Assembly (NCBI GenBank): GCA_964385105.1
Contig: CAYLMU010000003.1
Coordinates: 2,470 to 66,469, forward strand
Direction: 5' to 3'
From: an uncultured Candidatus Saccharibacteria bacterium
Lineage (GTDB): Bacteria > Patescibacteriota > WWE3 > UBA101185 > UBA10185
Length of the DNA: 64,000 nt
Position 1 is the first letter of the stretch. Each line of letters begins with the position of its first letter. A program made the position numbers and the translations under genes. Of this stretch, positions 38,362-48,260 are shown in pieces. The notes beneath the pieces were generated by a model. The model saw only the letters and a list, made by a program, of their open reading frames with translations. It was not told the DNA's origin and ran no database searches.

Positions 38362-38382
38362 GGGGCCGGAATATCCGGCCCC
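38362..38382. other. GC-rich perfect hairpin ggggccgga-ata-tccggcccc immediately 3' of the LPKTG-protein gene. Possible terminator/RNA-stability element without a U-tract.
   Basis: 9-bp G/C stem read directly. No adjacent T-run on either strand. Confidence 0.3.
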
Positions 38383-38406
38383 TAACCTAGCGTCTATATA
38401 TTAGTA

Positions 38407-39033
38407 TTAAGCTAATATGTTCTTTTTGACTAATGTTCCTGTCGAAATCAACGCTAGACCTGCAACTAATAATGCTAAACTTGACCCGGCACCAGTTTTT
38501 GGTAACTCGGATATTTCAGCATCACCATAACAAACAGTTGCGGTATCACTTCCCTCAAAGTTGCCGTCGTATTCAAGTTCTACCTTGTTTACCACGCACT
38601 TTTCAAATTCTTTTTCATTGTCAAACTCATCTTTGTCAACTTTAGCTCTTATAAAGAACTCAACAGTTTCACCGGGTTCAAAGTTATCCCATTCCTCGGT
38701 TAAACCATCGCTACCTGAGTCAACGTATTCAAGTTCATCAGGTAAAAAGTCTTCGTATTTCATGTTGTCAACTTCTACTTCACCTACGTTTTCTACTTTG
38801 ATTCTAAAGTAGAATGTGTCATTCCATTCGTCAGTATCAAGAACTATTTTGTCCTTATAGTTACCGTCTTTGTCTTTACTTACCTCTTTAGTGATTCGGA
38901 AAGATTTATTACAGATCTCTCCACCACCATAAGTTTGTTTACATTTATTATCTGCAAATACCTGTTTGCTGCTTGTAATCGATACCAAAATTAATGACAC
39001 TAATATTAGACTTTTACTTATATATTTATACAT
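38407..39033 (-). CDS. Secreted cell-wall-anchored protein with a C-terminal LPXTG sorting signal (LPKTG + hydrophobic stretch + basic tail).
   Basis: N-terminal signal peptide. Acidic beta-rich body. C-terminus ISELPKTGAGSSLALLVAGLALISTGTLVKKNILA. Confidence 0.7.
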   Translation of the reverse strand: MYKYISKSLILVSLILVSITSSKQVFADNKCKQTYGGGEICNKSFRITKEVSKDKDGNYKDKIVLDTDEWNDTFYFRIKVENVGEVEVDNMKYEDFLPDELEYVDSGSDGLTEEWDNFEPGETVEFFIRAKVDKDEFDNEKEFEKCVVNKVELEYDGNFEGSDTATVCYGDAEISELPKTGAGSSLALLVAGLALISTGTLVKKNILA

Positions 39034-39197
39034 ATTATTTTCTTTTAGGCAGGGTGTTTAGGCAGAAATAACAACTAAAAACAGTGGCTCATTAAAGCCA
39101 ATAGTAGTATTTTACATAAAAATAGCACAATTGTCAAGGCTATAGGATATGTTATTTCTAGGTTTATCATCTAGCTATTGTTTGGCATAATTAGTAC

Positions 39198-40391
39198 ATG
39201 CAACCTGAATTACCTTTAAAAGTGCTTTTAGTATTACCTTTCTTCTATCCACACCGAGGAGGAAGTCAAAAGTACGCTGAAGAAATTTATGTTCATCTAA
39301 TAAATAATCACCCAGATTGCCACATAGATGTACTCGCATACAATACAGACCACGTAGAACACTTCGAGGAATATAGAGGGTTAAAAATCTATAGGATTCC
39401 CTGTTGGAACATAATTCCTGCGCGATTTGTATTACCTAATCCCCTAGCATTGTATCGTATACTCAAACAGCTCTCTTATAACAAATACGATTTTGTCAAC
39501 ACCCATATTAGATTTTTTGACCCTACGTGGTGGGTATGGTTTTACGCAAAAAAAATAGGCGCAAAAAGCTTTTACACTGGACATGTCGCATCCTATCCCA
39601 TACACCAAAATAAGCTAGTAGAAGTAATAGCTAAGTTAGTAGACATTACTATAGGTAAATATTCAGTTAATAAATATGAGCTTATAACTTTTACAAACAA
39701 AACTGCTCAAAACTTTTTTGTTAATGTGCTCGGTTTGAAAAAAAACTCCTATATTGTATATGGCGGGGTAGATACGAAGTTTTTTGCTCCCACAAATAAA
39801 CAAAATAGAGTACTTCCCAAAATAAACCTAAAGATAGATAATGAAGCTATACTAATAACATATCTTGGACGTTTGATTTGGACAAAAGGTGTTACATATT
39901 TATACGAGGCAATTACCTTAATGCTTAAAGAAACCGATCAAAAGATGATTTTTGTACTCGCAGGTCCCGGTGAATTAGAAATGAAACTAAGGAACCAAGT
40001 AAAACAAGATGGATTAGAGGAACAAGTACTCATTTTAGGAGATATGTCATATACCCAAGTGCGCGATCTACTAGCCATTTCTGATATATTTGTAAATCCA
40101 TCTCACCATAACGAAGGATTTCCAAACACGATACTAGAAGCAGGCTCTTCAGGATGTTATGTCATCGCTACAGACAACGCAGGAACTTGGGAAGTAATCC
40201 GAGATAAAGAAACGGGTCAACTTGTACCTCAAAAGAATGTCCAGTCCTTGTATGACGCTATATCGTGGGCACTAAATAATAAAGAAAAAAGAAATAAAAT
40301 AGCTAATAATTTCAGAAATGAACTTGTTCAATCTTTTGATTGGAACGTGATTGCAGAACAACTCTACAAATTACTCATCAAAATACGATAG
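39198..40391 (+). CDS. Glycosyltransferase family 4.
   Basis: ...NPSHHNEGFPNTILEAGSSGCYVIATDNAG... GT4 signature. Confidence 0.75.
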   Translation: MQPELPLKVLLVLPFFYPHRGGSQKYAEEIYVHLINNHPDCHIDVLAYNTDHVEHFEEYRGLKIYRIPCWNIIPARFVLPNPLALYRILKQLSYNKYDFVNTHIRFFDPTWWVWFYAKKIGAKSFYTGHVASYPIHQNKLVEVIAKLVDITIGKYSVNKYELITFTNKTAQNFFVNVLGLKKNSYIVYGGVDTKFFAPTNKQNRVLPKINLKIDNEAILITYLGRLIWTKGVTYLYEAITLMLKETDQKMIFVLAGPGELEMKLRNQVKQDGLEEQVLILGDMSYTQVRDLLAISDIFVNPSHHNEGFPNTILEAGSSGCYVIATDNAGTWEVIRDKETGQLVPQKNVQSLYDAISWALNNKEKRNKIANNFRNELVQSFDWNVIAEQLYKLLIKIR

Positions 40392-40395
40392 TAAA

Positions 40396-41175
40396 TTAAA
40401 TTGCAAATTTAACTTTGTGACCTTCAAATACAGGCTTTTCCCAGTCACTTCTTATGAAAGCATATACATACCCACCAAGAACACTATCCTCAGTAAATCT
40501 TCTTTTTAGTATATATATAAAGTGGTTAAATCCAGTTTTCCAAATTTGTTGCTTACTTGGCTCATGTTCCCTTTCAAAGTGATTAATGTGATACTCACTA
40601 AAACACACTTCTTTATTAGTTATAGCTGACACTTTTATTTCAGGGGATAAATTCCAATCACCCATTCTTAAATTTATTTTAGGTAACGCTTCACGTTTAA
40701 TACCCCACATGCCTGTTAAAGCATCTTTAATAGGATACCCATATAAAATAGCAATCTCCATATTAAGTATATAAATACCCAATCTTCTTGTTTTGGATAT
40801 GGCTTTTGGGTTCAATAATGGCAAACGATTACACGAAACAACATCAAAATCGTTGTCTTCCATATATTTAACTATATATTTTATTTCATTAGATGGGTAT
40901 GTATCATCAGCATCCATAGCAAATATATAGTCACCTGTTGAGGTAGCTATACCTGACAAATGTGCATATCCATACCCAATACCATTAAGTTTTCTATTCT
41001 CCTTTACAACAATAGCACCAGCTTCTCTGGCAACTTTTGCAGAATTATCGGTAGAGCCGTTATCAACAACGATTATTTCATCTACATAAGTAGGCACATT
41101 TTTAATTGTATTTGAAATGATTTTTTCCTCGTTTTTACAAGGAATAATAAGTGATATCTTTTTATCGTGTATCAT
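40396..41175 (-). CDS. Glycosyltransferase family 2 (Dpm1/polyprenyl-phosphate hexosyltransferase-like).
   Basis: ISLIIPCKNEEKII...DEIIVVDNGSTDNS...DADDT GT2 motifs (DxD). Confidence 0.75.
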   Translation of the reverse strand: MIHDKKISLIIPCKNEEKIISNTIKNVPTYVDEIIVVDNGSTDNSAKVAREAGAIVVKENRKLNGIGYGYAHLSGIATSTGDYIFAMDADDTYPSNEIKYIVKYMEDNDFDVVSCNRLPLLNPKAISKTRRLGIYILNMEIAILYGYPIKDALTGMWGIKREALPKINLRMGDWNLSPEIKVSAITNKEVCFSEYHINHFEREHEPSKQQIWKTGFNHFIYILKRRFTEDSVLGGYVYAFIRSDWEKPVFEGHKVKFAI

Positions 41176-41305
41176 AGGATAAAATATATCATGCTATAGG
41201 TTAATTGTCAATATGAGGTTATGGTGTTATATAAGGATATAAAAGGAAAGCAAGAGAGTTACGGGGTTTAACCCTCTTGCTTAAGTGCTTTAGAAAAGAA
41301 CTAGT

Positions 41306-42919
41306 TTATTTCACCCCGATTACGGTAAGTTCGGCATAACTGCCATTCCACTCACCAGTGTCGAAATTCCAAATGTCCAGAGTATAACTCCATTCTTTTG
41401 GAATCAGCGAATAATCATAGCCACGAATACTATAAACAGCATCATAGCCGTACTTGGCGCCCATCTCAACAATATTTACATCTACGCTATTGGCACCAAC
41501 TGTCAGGAATTCGCCTACAAAAGCCTCACCGGGTTCGAGATATGCAACTTCAACTTCAAATGCTTCTGCGCCTGCGGCAACAGTGTGAACTCCTTCTTGC
41601 GGCTCGGCATAGTAATTGAAGTCGATATTTGCCACAAAATCAGTTCCGTGCCCATTCAACATCACCTCTTGGGGGGAACAAATTCCAATCCCGCCGTCTA
41701 CTGTACTGCCAGGAATACTATACCCATACAAGGGTACAATAAAAGGCAGACTCGGATAGTTGAAGTTATCCCAACACTCATCACGTGGAGTAACAAATAT
41801 GGGAAGGTTCACCGAGAAGCTTTCTTCGACGGGTGGTGGCTCTGGGGTTTCTGTTGGACCCGGTGTAGGTGTTGGCTCTGGTTCAACTGTCTGAGTCGCA
41901 AGGTAGTTTTGTCCTAAACCACTTGTGTCCCAAGCTACACCTTCAACAAGGTTACCAGTAGTGAAATCGTGCATGTGGGTATAACCACTACTTAGATAAC
42001 CAAAACCGGTAGCTTGAATGTAGTTCCATCCATCATAGGCAAATGTGAGTACATTCACCGGAAATTCCTCCGCCGTTAAACTCATACCAGCATAAGCAGT
42101 CATTTGCTCTCCGGCAGAAAGTTGGCTACGATGTGCAGTGTACTCAACAGTACCCGCTACTACGTTTACGGTTCCTTCCGGGACTTCAGCAATGTAGTTG
42201 TAACGTTCCTGCTCAGAATATTGAGTCTCAATGCCATTGACAAAGGGTGCCACAGACGAGCATATGCCCATCATATTTCCTTCATCTTCTAGCATAAGTA
42301 CACTGCCATCGAAACGAGCTGTTTCAAGACAAGTATCATCCGCGGGATTTATGTCTATGACATAAGAGAAAAGCAAGGGCCTTTCCCATTCAGCCCAAGG
42401 ATAATTTTCCATGGAAACCCATGCGCGCTCACTCCACTTCCAACCATGCGTGTAACCTTCACTATCAAACCCATATCCAGCAACAGCTACGTTCACACGC
42501 AACATCGTTGCAGTTTCCTGAGTTACATAGTGAGCAAGGTTAATAGGATCTGTACCTGGTGCGAACCGTAATGGGCCATCGACAAATTCTTCCCCGGTGA
42601 CCAAACGATATGTGTCAACTGAATAGCTAACATTTCCTGCTTGAATCACATGGGGATTTTGCCAATTTGCTACCTCTTGTTGGAAATTGTACAAATCCAG
42701 ATCGCCCGCATAACCTGCGGGCTCGCCGTCGACTTCCACCGGTTCCGAAGAACAAATATTAGCCACGACGGGATAAAACTCATCTTTCAAGGTTAGCGCG
42801 CCATCAAAGGGCACATTTGCATTGCAAATAGCCTCCGGGACATCGGGTGATGCCACAACAGCACTACCCACTACCAAAAGTAGCAATACCAGTATAAAAC
42901 CAGCAATTCGCGATTTCAT
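41306..42919 (-). CDS. Secreted hypothetical protein (537 aa) with signal peptide and Pro/Thr/Glu-rich linker. GC content clearly above genome background.
   Basis: N-terminal AGFILVLLLLVVGSAVVASP. Linker EPEPTPTPGPTETPEPPPVEE. GC-rich codon usage relative to neighbours. Confidence 0.6.
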   Translation of the reverse strand: MKSRIAGFILVLLLLVVGSAVVASPDVPEAICNANVPFDGALTLKDEFYPVVANICSSEPVEVDGEPAGYAGDLDLYNFQQEVANWQNPHVIQAGNVSYSVDTYRLVTGEEFVDGPLRFAPGTDPINLAHYVTQETATMLRVNVAVAGYGFDSEGYTHGWKWSERAWVSMENYPWAEWERPLLFSYVIDINPADDTCLETARFDGSVLMLEDEGNMMGICSSVAPFVNGIETQYSEQERYNYIAEVPEGTVNVVAGTVEYTAHRSQLSAGEQMTAYAGMSLTAEEFPVNVLTFAYDGWNYIQATGFGYLSSGYTHMHDFTTGNLVEGVAWDTSGLGQNYLATQTVEPEPTPTPGPTETPEPPPVEESFSVNLPIFVTPRDECWDNFNYPSLPFIVPLYGYSIPGSTVDGGIGICSPQEVMLNGHGTDFVANIDFNYYAEPQEGVHTVAAGAEAFEVEVAYLEPGEAFVGEFLTVGANSVDVNIVEMGAKYGYDAVYSIRGYDYSLIPKEWSYTLDIWNFDTGEWNGSYAELTVIGVK

Positions 42920-43008
42920 CGAATCTCCTCTACTAGTTCTTTTTGTTTTTAAAGTTCTTTATCTAAAGCTTTGATATTATATCATACCTATAGGTTATTT
43001 TCACCTTA

Positions 43009-43869
43009 GTGATTACTTTATTTGTTAAAAATCAGGCTATAATAATAAGCATGGCACAGTATAAAGTAAATGGCGTTTTACTATTTGTTTTACTTATAGG
43101 TCTTTTGGGTATTTCTTTACATGGAAGACCCATCCCTAGAGATAAGGAAATGTACAAAAAAATCGGTAGATTTGAGGTCAGACCCTATAAATACGGGTTA
43201 TACCTAACCCAGCCAGCATCAAATGTTTTTTATAATATTTCCCCTTACGATTTTTATTATCTGGAACCTCAAGGGCAAGAGCATAGACTACTTGAAAGAG
43301 GTTCTACTGAAGTATTTAGCAATGAATACTGGCTCACACAAAGTTCAAGTTCTTTCCCAGCAAAGCTTAGTAGTGTCTTGAGTTACTTTAACTATCAAAA
43401 TCCTAAAAGTACGTTCTTGATTCCAAACGAAAAAACAGTGTTACTTTCTGAAAAAATAAATAATAGCTTGTTTGTCACACTTTCTCAATATTCAATTGAT
43501 ATACCCACGAATAATGTAACAATGACCTTGAGCTTTAACTCAAATGACTTCATTTTTGATGATTCGGGAAACTTATATAATAACCCCCTACCTGAAGATG
43601 TCAGTGATTTTGTTAAAGTTACTCAATTCCCACTAAAATACTATCAATTTGAAAGTCCTAAACGTTATATTGTAGGTCAACAATACTTATTTATAGCTAA
43701 CAGAAGCGTACCAGGAGTAATAAGAATAAACTTACATGACCCTCAATACGATGTTGTTTATGTAAATTTGGAAAAACAACTAATAGAATTCGACATAAAA
43801 AACCTGGAAAATGCTAAAGTAAAAGTTGAACTATATGATTCTCTAGAAAGGGCAAGGAATGACCGATGA
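43009..43869 (+). CDS. Hypothetical exported/membrane-anchored protein (286 aa), AT-rich. GTG start at 43009, or ATG at 43051.
   Basis: Hydrophobic N-terminal segment VLLFVLLIGLLGISL. Stop overlaps the downstream gene start (ATGA), indicating an operon. Confidence 0.5.
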   Translation: MITLFVKNQAIIISMAQYKVNGVLLFVLLIGLLGISLHGRPIPRDKEMYKKIGRFEVRPYKYGLYLTQPASNVFYNISPYDFYYLEPQGQEHRLLERGSTEVFSNEYWLTQSSSSFPAKLSSVLSYFNYQNPKSTFLIPNEKTVLLSEKINNSLFVTLSQYSIDIPTNNVTMTLSFNSNDFIFDDSGNLYNNPLPEDVSDFVKVTQFPLKYYQFESPKRYIVGQQYLFIANRSVPGVIRINLHDPQYDVVYVNLEKQLIEFDIKNLENAKVKVELYDSLERARNDR

Positions 43870-45809
43870 TTATTAATTCCTTCATCTCAGCATTATCATT
43901 TTATATAATTCCAGTTTTTATTGGTTATGCGATTGTTAGATTAAAAAATGTGCCTTTTAAAGATGAACTATCATCCGAGAAAACGTTAACCGTAAAAATC
44001 CTTGATCAATTTAGGTATTTTACATATGGCTCATTAGGAATTTATGTAATTTTTTGTGCTGCATTGTTGGGCAAAAATAATGGTTTGGGTATAGAGTTTA
44101 CTCATGCAACAATATTCATCACACTCTTATTTTTGATATATATACCTTTGTTAATAGTAGGTCTTATACCCTATTTCAAAAACATTAAGAATTTGAACAT
44201 CTTTGACATCCTCGACATTTTATTTTTAATCATGATTGCATTATTAACATATGCAATATGGAGATGGGATAGCGGCATTAATACCACCCTAAATTGGGAC
44301 ATATATCACCATCAAACACTTGCAACGCTAATCCAAGGTAACAATTTTGACATTGTTACTTCTAATTTATCCGATTCATTTCAATTCGATGGCTACTCTA
44401 CCCTGTTTCACACACAAGTCGCTATAACCCAAAAAATATTCAATCCTGATTTATTGGCATACTGGTGGTTTATTGAACTCTTTCATCTATTTACTACAGT
44501 AGCCGTCTCCTTTGCCCTGGCATTTGCTGTTACAAAAAAAAGATGGGTTTCATATATAGGAGCTATTATAGGTGCATTAATCTTTGAATCAGCTGTATCA
44601 TACACTTCGCTATTTCTCATACCTCAAAATCTCGCTGCGACCGTTACAGTGGGCTACATAGCATCAATAATCAATAGATATGCCCAATCACGGGATACTT
44701 CAAAGATTCTAACAATTGACTTTGTAGTTTATATTTTTTATATAATGCTCAGCCATATAGTAATTGGAACATTAGGTGTATTTTTAGTGGCATTTTCAAA
44801 AGTATATTTGTTGCTTAAAAGTATAAACAAAGGGAAATCCATTCAAGGAGTATTATTTGTCTTGTCATTTATATTGTTGATAATAGTACCTTTGATTGCT
44901 CAACAGTTTGACTTGAACAATATAAACCGTGGGGAAGCTGAATTCTTTAATTACACACTTGAAGAAAAGTACAATTTAATGAAACAATTTTATGGTTTCA
45001 GTCTTGTATTTCTACCACTTGGTTATATATATGCGATTAGGCAAAAAAATCATTCTTATAATCTGCTTTTAATCATTACAAACGGTTTACTAGCATTAAT
45101 TATTGCGCACATCCCTTACTCTCTTAAATTCTTTACACTAGGGAGATTCACAGTTCATACTGTTATGGCATTAGGGGTATGGCTAATAATCCAACACTTT
45201 AATAAATATATAAAATTTTTAAGTTTAAAACTAATTTATTTAACATTCAGTGCGATTTTTGTAATTAATATTTCGGATTACAAGCAAGTACCTGCCTACA
45301 AAGAAATTTCTACACACGTAACACAAAATGAGATAGACGCAGCTAATTTTTTGAAATCTAATTACACCGGACACAATATACTTTTAGTATCAGATCCAGC
45401 TACTATGCATATTCTAGAGGGGTTAAGCGGTATAAACTCTCCCGGTGGTTCATATACAAGCCTTCACACCCGAGAAGTGCTTTCAGATGTCTACTTTATA
45501 CGCGACGAACAAATCACCCAAAAGTTGTTTCAAATAAGAGATGGTGTCGTAGATACTGAACCTGACAAGATTTTATTTGTTATAAGCGGTAGATTCAGCA
45601 AATGGCAACTAGGCGGTAACGTTGACAAGTTTGGTATACATTGGAACATATGGTCCCCTTTTGACTTGTCATCAAAGGATTTAGAAGACCACGATTTTAT
45701 TTATTATTTGAGAGAAAACTTAAGATATAATGAAGTGTTTAGAAATGAGGGCTTGATTATATTTGAAATAGAAAAACCTCCTATTACTACAGTTGTACAG
45801 AGTCAATAA
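43866..45809 (+). CDS. Polytopic membrane protein (~13 TM) with a C-terminal extracytoplasmic domain. Putative GT-C-type (polyprenyl-phosphate-sugar-dependent) glycosyltransferase.
   Basis: Topology plus an acidic DE pair in the first predicted extracytoplasmic loop (KNVPFKDELSS), as in GT-C enzymes. Genomic neighbourhood with GT2 and GT4 genes. The family call is an inference. Confidence 0.4.
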   Translation: MIINSFISALSFYIIPVFIGYAIVRLKNVPFKDELSSEKTLTVKILDQFRYFTYGSLGIYVIFCAALLGKNNGLGIEFTHATIFITLLFLIYIPLLIVGLIPYFKNIKNLNIFDILDILFLIMIALLTYAIWRWDSGINTTLNWDIYHHQTLATLIQGNNFDIVTSNLSDSFQFDGYSTLFHTQVAITQKIFNPDLLAYWWFIELFHLFTTVAVSFALAFAVTKKRWVSYIGAIIGALIFESAVSYTSLFLIPQNLAATVTVGYIASIINRYAQSRDTSKILTIDFVVYIFYIMLSHIVIGTLGVFLVAFSKVYLLLKSINKGKSIQGVLFVLSFILLIIVPLIAQQFDLNNINRGEAEFFNYTLEEKYNLMKQFYGFSLVFLPLGYIYAIRQKNHSYNLLLIITNGLLALIIAHIPYSLKFFTLGRFTVHTVMALGVWLIIQHFNKYIKFLSLKLIYLTFSAIFVINISDYKQVPAYKEISTHVTQNEIDAANFLKSNYTGHNILLVSDPATMHILEGLSGINSPGGSYTSLHTREVLSDVYFIRDEQITQKLFQIRDGVVDTEPDKILFVISGRFSKWQLGGNVDKFGIHWNIWSPFDLSSKDLEDHDFIYYLRENLRYNEVFRNEGLIIFEIEKPPITTVVQSQ

Positions 45810-45920
45810 ATTAACTTAACAGTTTTTTTGCAAAAAAATAGCCGACTATATGATGAAAACTTCCCCAAAGGGTCGCAATCTTTCAAATAGTCGGCTAAAA
45901 GGCCTATACGGCAATCGGGC

Positions 45921-46811
45921 TTACTGAGAAGGCAAAGGCCAGTTGTCGACCGAAGTCCACTTCTCGCCTTGCCAAAACTGCACTTGGCCATTGTCAACCA
46001 CAATGCGAACATCGTAGTGACCATCCCAGTCGGCAGGGAATGCGAGTTGATACACGCCACCGCCTTCGAGGATTTGACATTCGCCATTTACACAAACAGT
46101 GCCGTTAAAGCCCTGCGCAAACCAACCGAGTCCCAAAGGACTATTGCCGGCGTTTGCCACAGTGTATGGATCGGGGTTAACCTCATTGCTGGCAGCAAGA
46201 TCGCGCCAAAGGTCAAACTCCAAAATCCCTGATCCACTCACGGTCATCTGTGTCGGGTGCGGCCACTGAATCTTCAAATCATCACCATCACTGGTCTGCC
46301 AATTGCAGAAAACAGCAGTCCAGGGCAAGTTCTTCAGATTCGTCGCCTGCCATACCCGTCCGCAATCATCGACTTCATAGTCATCGGAAGGTAGGGTGAC
46401 ATCTGTCGCCCACTCTCCGAATCCCTCACCACCAGGCGTGTAGGTGAATACCTCAGTCGCCATGATGCTGTTGAAATCGGTCAAGAGGATCGGGCCAGTA
46501 CCTCCGCTGGTGGCAGTGGTTGTTACTGGTTCTGTAACTGCTGGTTCTGGTGTTTCAGCAGGCCGAGTCAGAAAAATTGTTTCGCCTTCCTCAGTAACGA
46601 TTTCAGTAACGACACGTGTCACTTCAACCACTGGCTGCTCACCTCCCCCAGTCAAGTTGTTGAACAGTTGTGCCAAATTTTGGCCACCAGCCTCAAGACC
46701 GGAAGTGCTTGCTCCAGAAACAAAACCAACGGTAAGTGGCCAACAAACAAAAGCGATAAACAACATAAGAATTACAAAACCGATCAACTTTCCTACGGTT
46801 ACTCGTGTCAT
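45921..46811 (-). CDS. N-terminally membrane-anchored hypothetical protein (296 aa) with TPEP-type linker. GC-rich.
   Basis: TM VTVGKLIGFVILMLFIAFVCWPL. Linker TRPAETPEPAVTEPVTTTATSGG. Trp/Gly/Asp-rich C-terminal domain. Elevated GC. Confidence 0.55.
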   Translation of the reverse strand: MTRVTVGKLIGFVILMLFIAFVCWPLTVGFVSGASTSGLEAGGQNLAQLFNNLTGGGEQPVVEVTRVVTEIVTEEGETIFLTRPAETPEPAVTEPVTTTATSGGTGPILLTDFNSIMATEVFTYTPGGEGFGEWATDVTLPSDDYEVDDCGRVWQATNLKNLPWTAVFCNWQTSDGDDLKIQWPHPTQMTVSGSGILEFDLWRDLAASNEVNPDPYTVANAGNSPLGLGWFAQGFNGTVCVNGECQILEGGGVYQLAFPADWDGHYDVRIVVDNGQVQFWQGEKWTSVDNWPLPSQ

Positions 46812-46858
46812 GTCATATCCTCCAATATTGAGCTACTGTTTAAATGGTTTCTGTTTAA

Positions 46859-47299
46859 CTAACGAAGAAACTGAAAGGTCAAAACGTACTTGATTCCTTC
46901 CCACACTCCGTCTTTGCTACCGTTGCTGGAATTAGTTGGAGGATTTTTACCTGCTAAATCTGCATTTTTGACACGCGGATTAGCTTTGAACTCCTTACCG
47001 AACTCATTCTCAACATCTGTAGTAACATCAACGTTTTTTTGACCTAGGAAATTTTCAAGCTCGTCCGAAATTACATCCGAAACGCCATCAAATCTCTCCA
47101 AGTCACCCACCTTGGATTCGCCCCAAGAAGGGAGCGTAAGGGAACTGATCAATGCCTTGCATAAGTCCTCAATCGTTACCCAACCCTTATTCAGACATAC
47201 ATCTTTCGCTGCACGCGAAAGTTCCAAGTCTGGAATGGATTGGATTGATGTTGTAAGTCCATAACGCACACCAACTACTAATTTGCCTGTTACTGCCAT
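46859..47299 (-). CDS. Hypothetical protein (~147 aa). Likely start MAVTGKL at 47299 (SD GGAGG 8 nt upstream); the ORF track extends to 47359.
   Basis: GC-rich. RBS read from the reverse complement of 47297-47316. Confidence 0.5.
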   Translation of the reverse strand: MAVTGKLVVGVRYGLTTSIQSIPDLELSRAAKDVCLNKGWVTIEDLCKALISSLTLPSWGESKVGDLERFDGVSDVISDELENFLGQKNVDVTTDVENEFGKEFKANPRVKNADLAGKNPPTNSSNGSKDGVWEGIKYVLTFQFLR

Positions 47300-47533
47300 G
47301 GTTTTTACCTCCATTTTTTTTGCCGTATATTTTTTTGTCAAATTCATCAATATGCCCAAAAATCAGGCAAATTGCTGATACATAAACTCGCTAAAAGTTC
47401 ATTTATCAACAATCTGACTATAAATCTCTATTTGGGCAATAATAGAAACACACGGTTAATGTGAGAATTCTATACTACAATAACTGATTTGTCAACACTA
47501 TAGGGTTTAATATATTAGCCACACCTTCCAAAA

Positions 47534-47572
47534 TAAAAAAAGAAGCTGACGGAAATAAATCATCAGCTTCTT
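47534..47572 (-). terminator. Rho-independent terminator (minus-strand orientation; stem + T8).
   Basis: agaagctg...cagcttct 8-bp stem. Reverse complement is followed by tttttttt. It would terminate a minus-strand transcript originating between 47580 and 48100, where there is no ORF. Confidence 0.45.
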
Positions 47573-48097
47573 AGGATGCTACCCCAACTCCTTACCGTTA
47601 ATATCCGTGGGTTTACATCTCCTCTCATGTATTTAAATACCTTCTCAATGACTTCCGTGTCTATCCAAATAGACTCTATTATGCTCTTTCACATCATGTC
47701 CAACTGTTAACACAAAGATGAAGCAACTTTTCTACCTCTTCATCAAAAAAAAGGACTGACATATTGATAATCCTCAGAAGAATTATGGGTACGTTTAACT
47801 AAAACCGGCATCTCACACACTCCTTATACACTCACCAGTAAATTTTTAAGCAGCATAAAACCACATAAACCTTTTCATTGCACACATTAACTATTCTTCT
47901 TACACACCTCTAACACAACTCAAAAACTTCTTTAAAACACCATCATTTGTCATAGCCGTCTGCTAAAGTGGCTCAAATTTCAATGTACATCGCTTGTTTA
48001 GCAAAAATATTTTGATAAAGTGATAATATTCCTGCTTCTCCTGTCCAGAAGCATGATCTTATAACTTAGTCATGTTTTTTATTTGACTAATGTTCCG

Positions 48098-48151
48098 TAA
48101 AAAACGCTCTGTGGTTGTCGCACTGAGTCGCTCCTTATGGAGCGTTTTTTA
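48098..48151. terminator. Bidirectional Rho-independent terminator after the yacL-like gene.
   Basis: aaaaaacgctc...(loop)...gagcgtttttt: A-run, 7-bp stem, T-run. Confidence 0.55.
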
Positions 48152-48260
48152 TAAATCGCAATTAACGTTAATTTATAGAAAGCCTTCACAAATTAGCCCA
48201 AAATAGTTTTATCCCAAGCATCGCTCAAAAAGTATCTTGTCTCTTGCTCCTAAAACCTGC

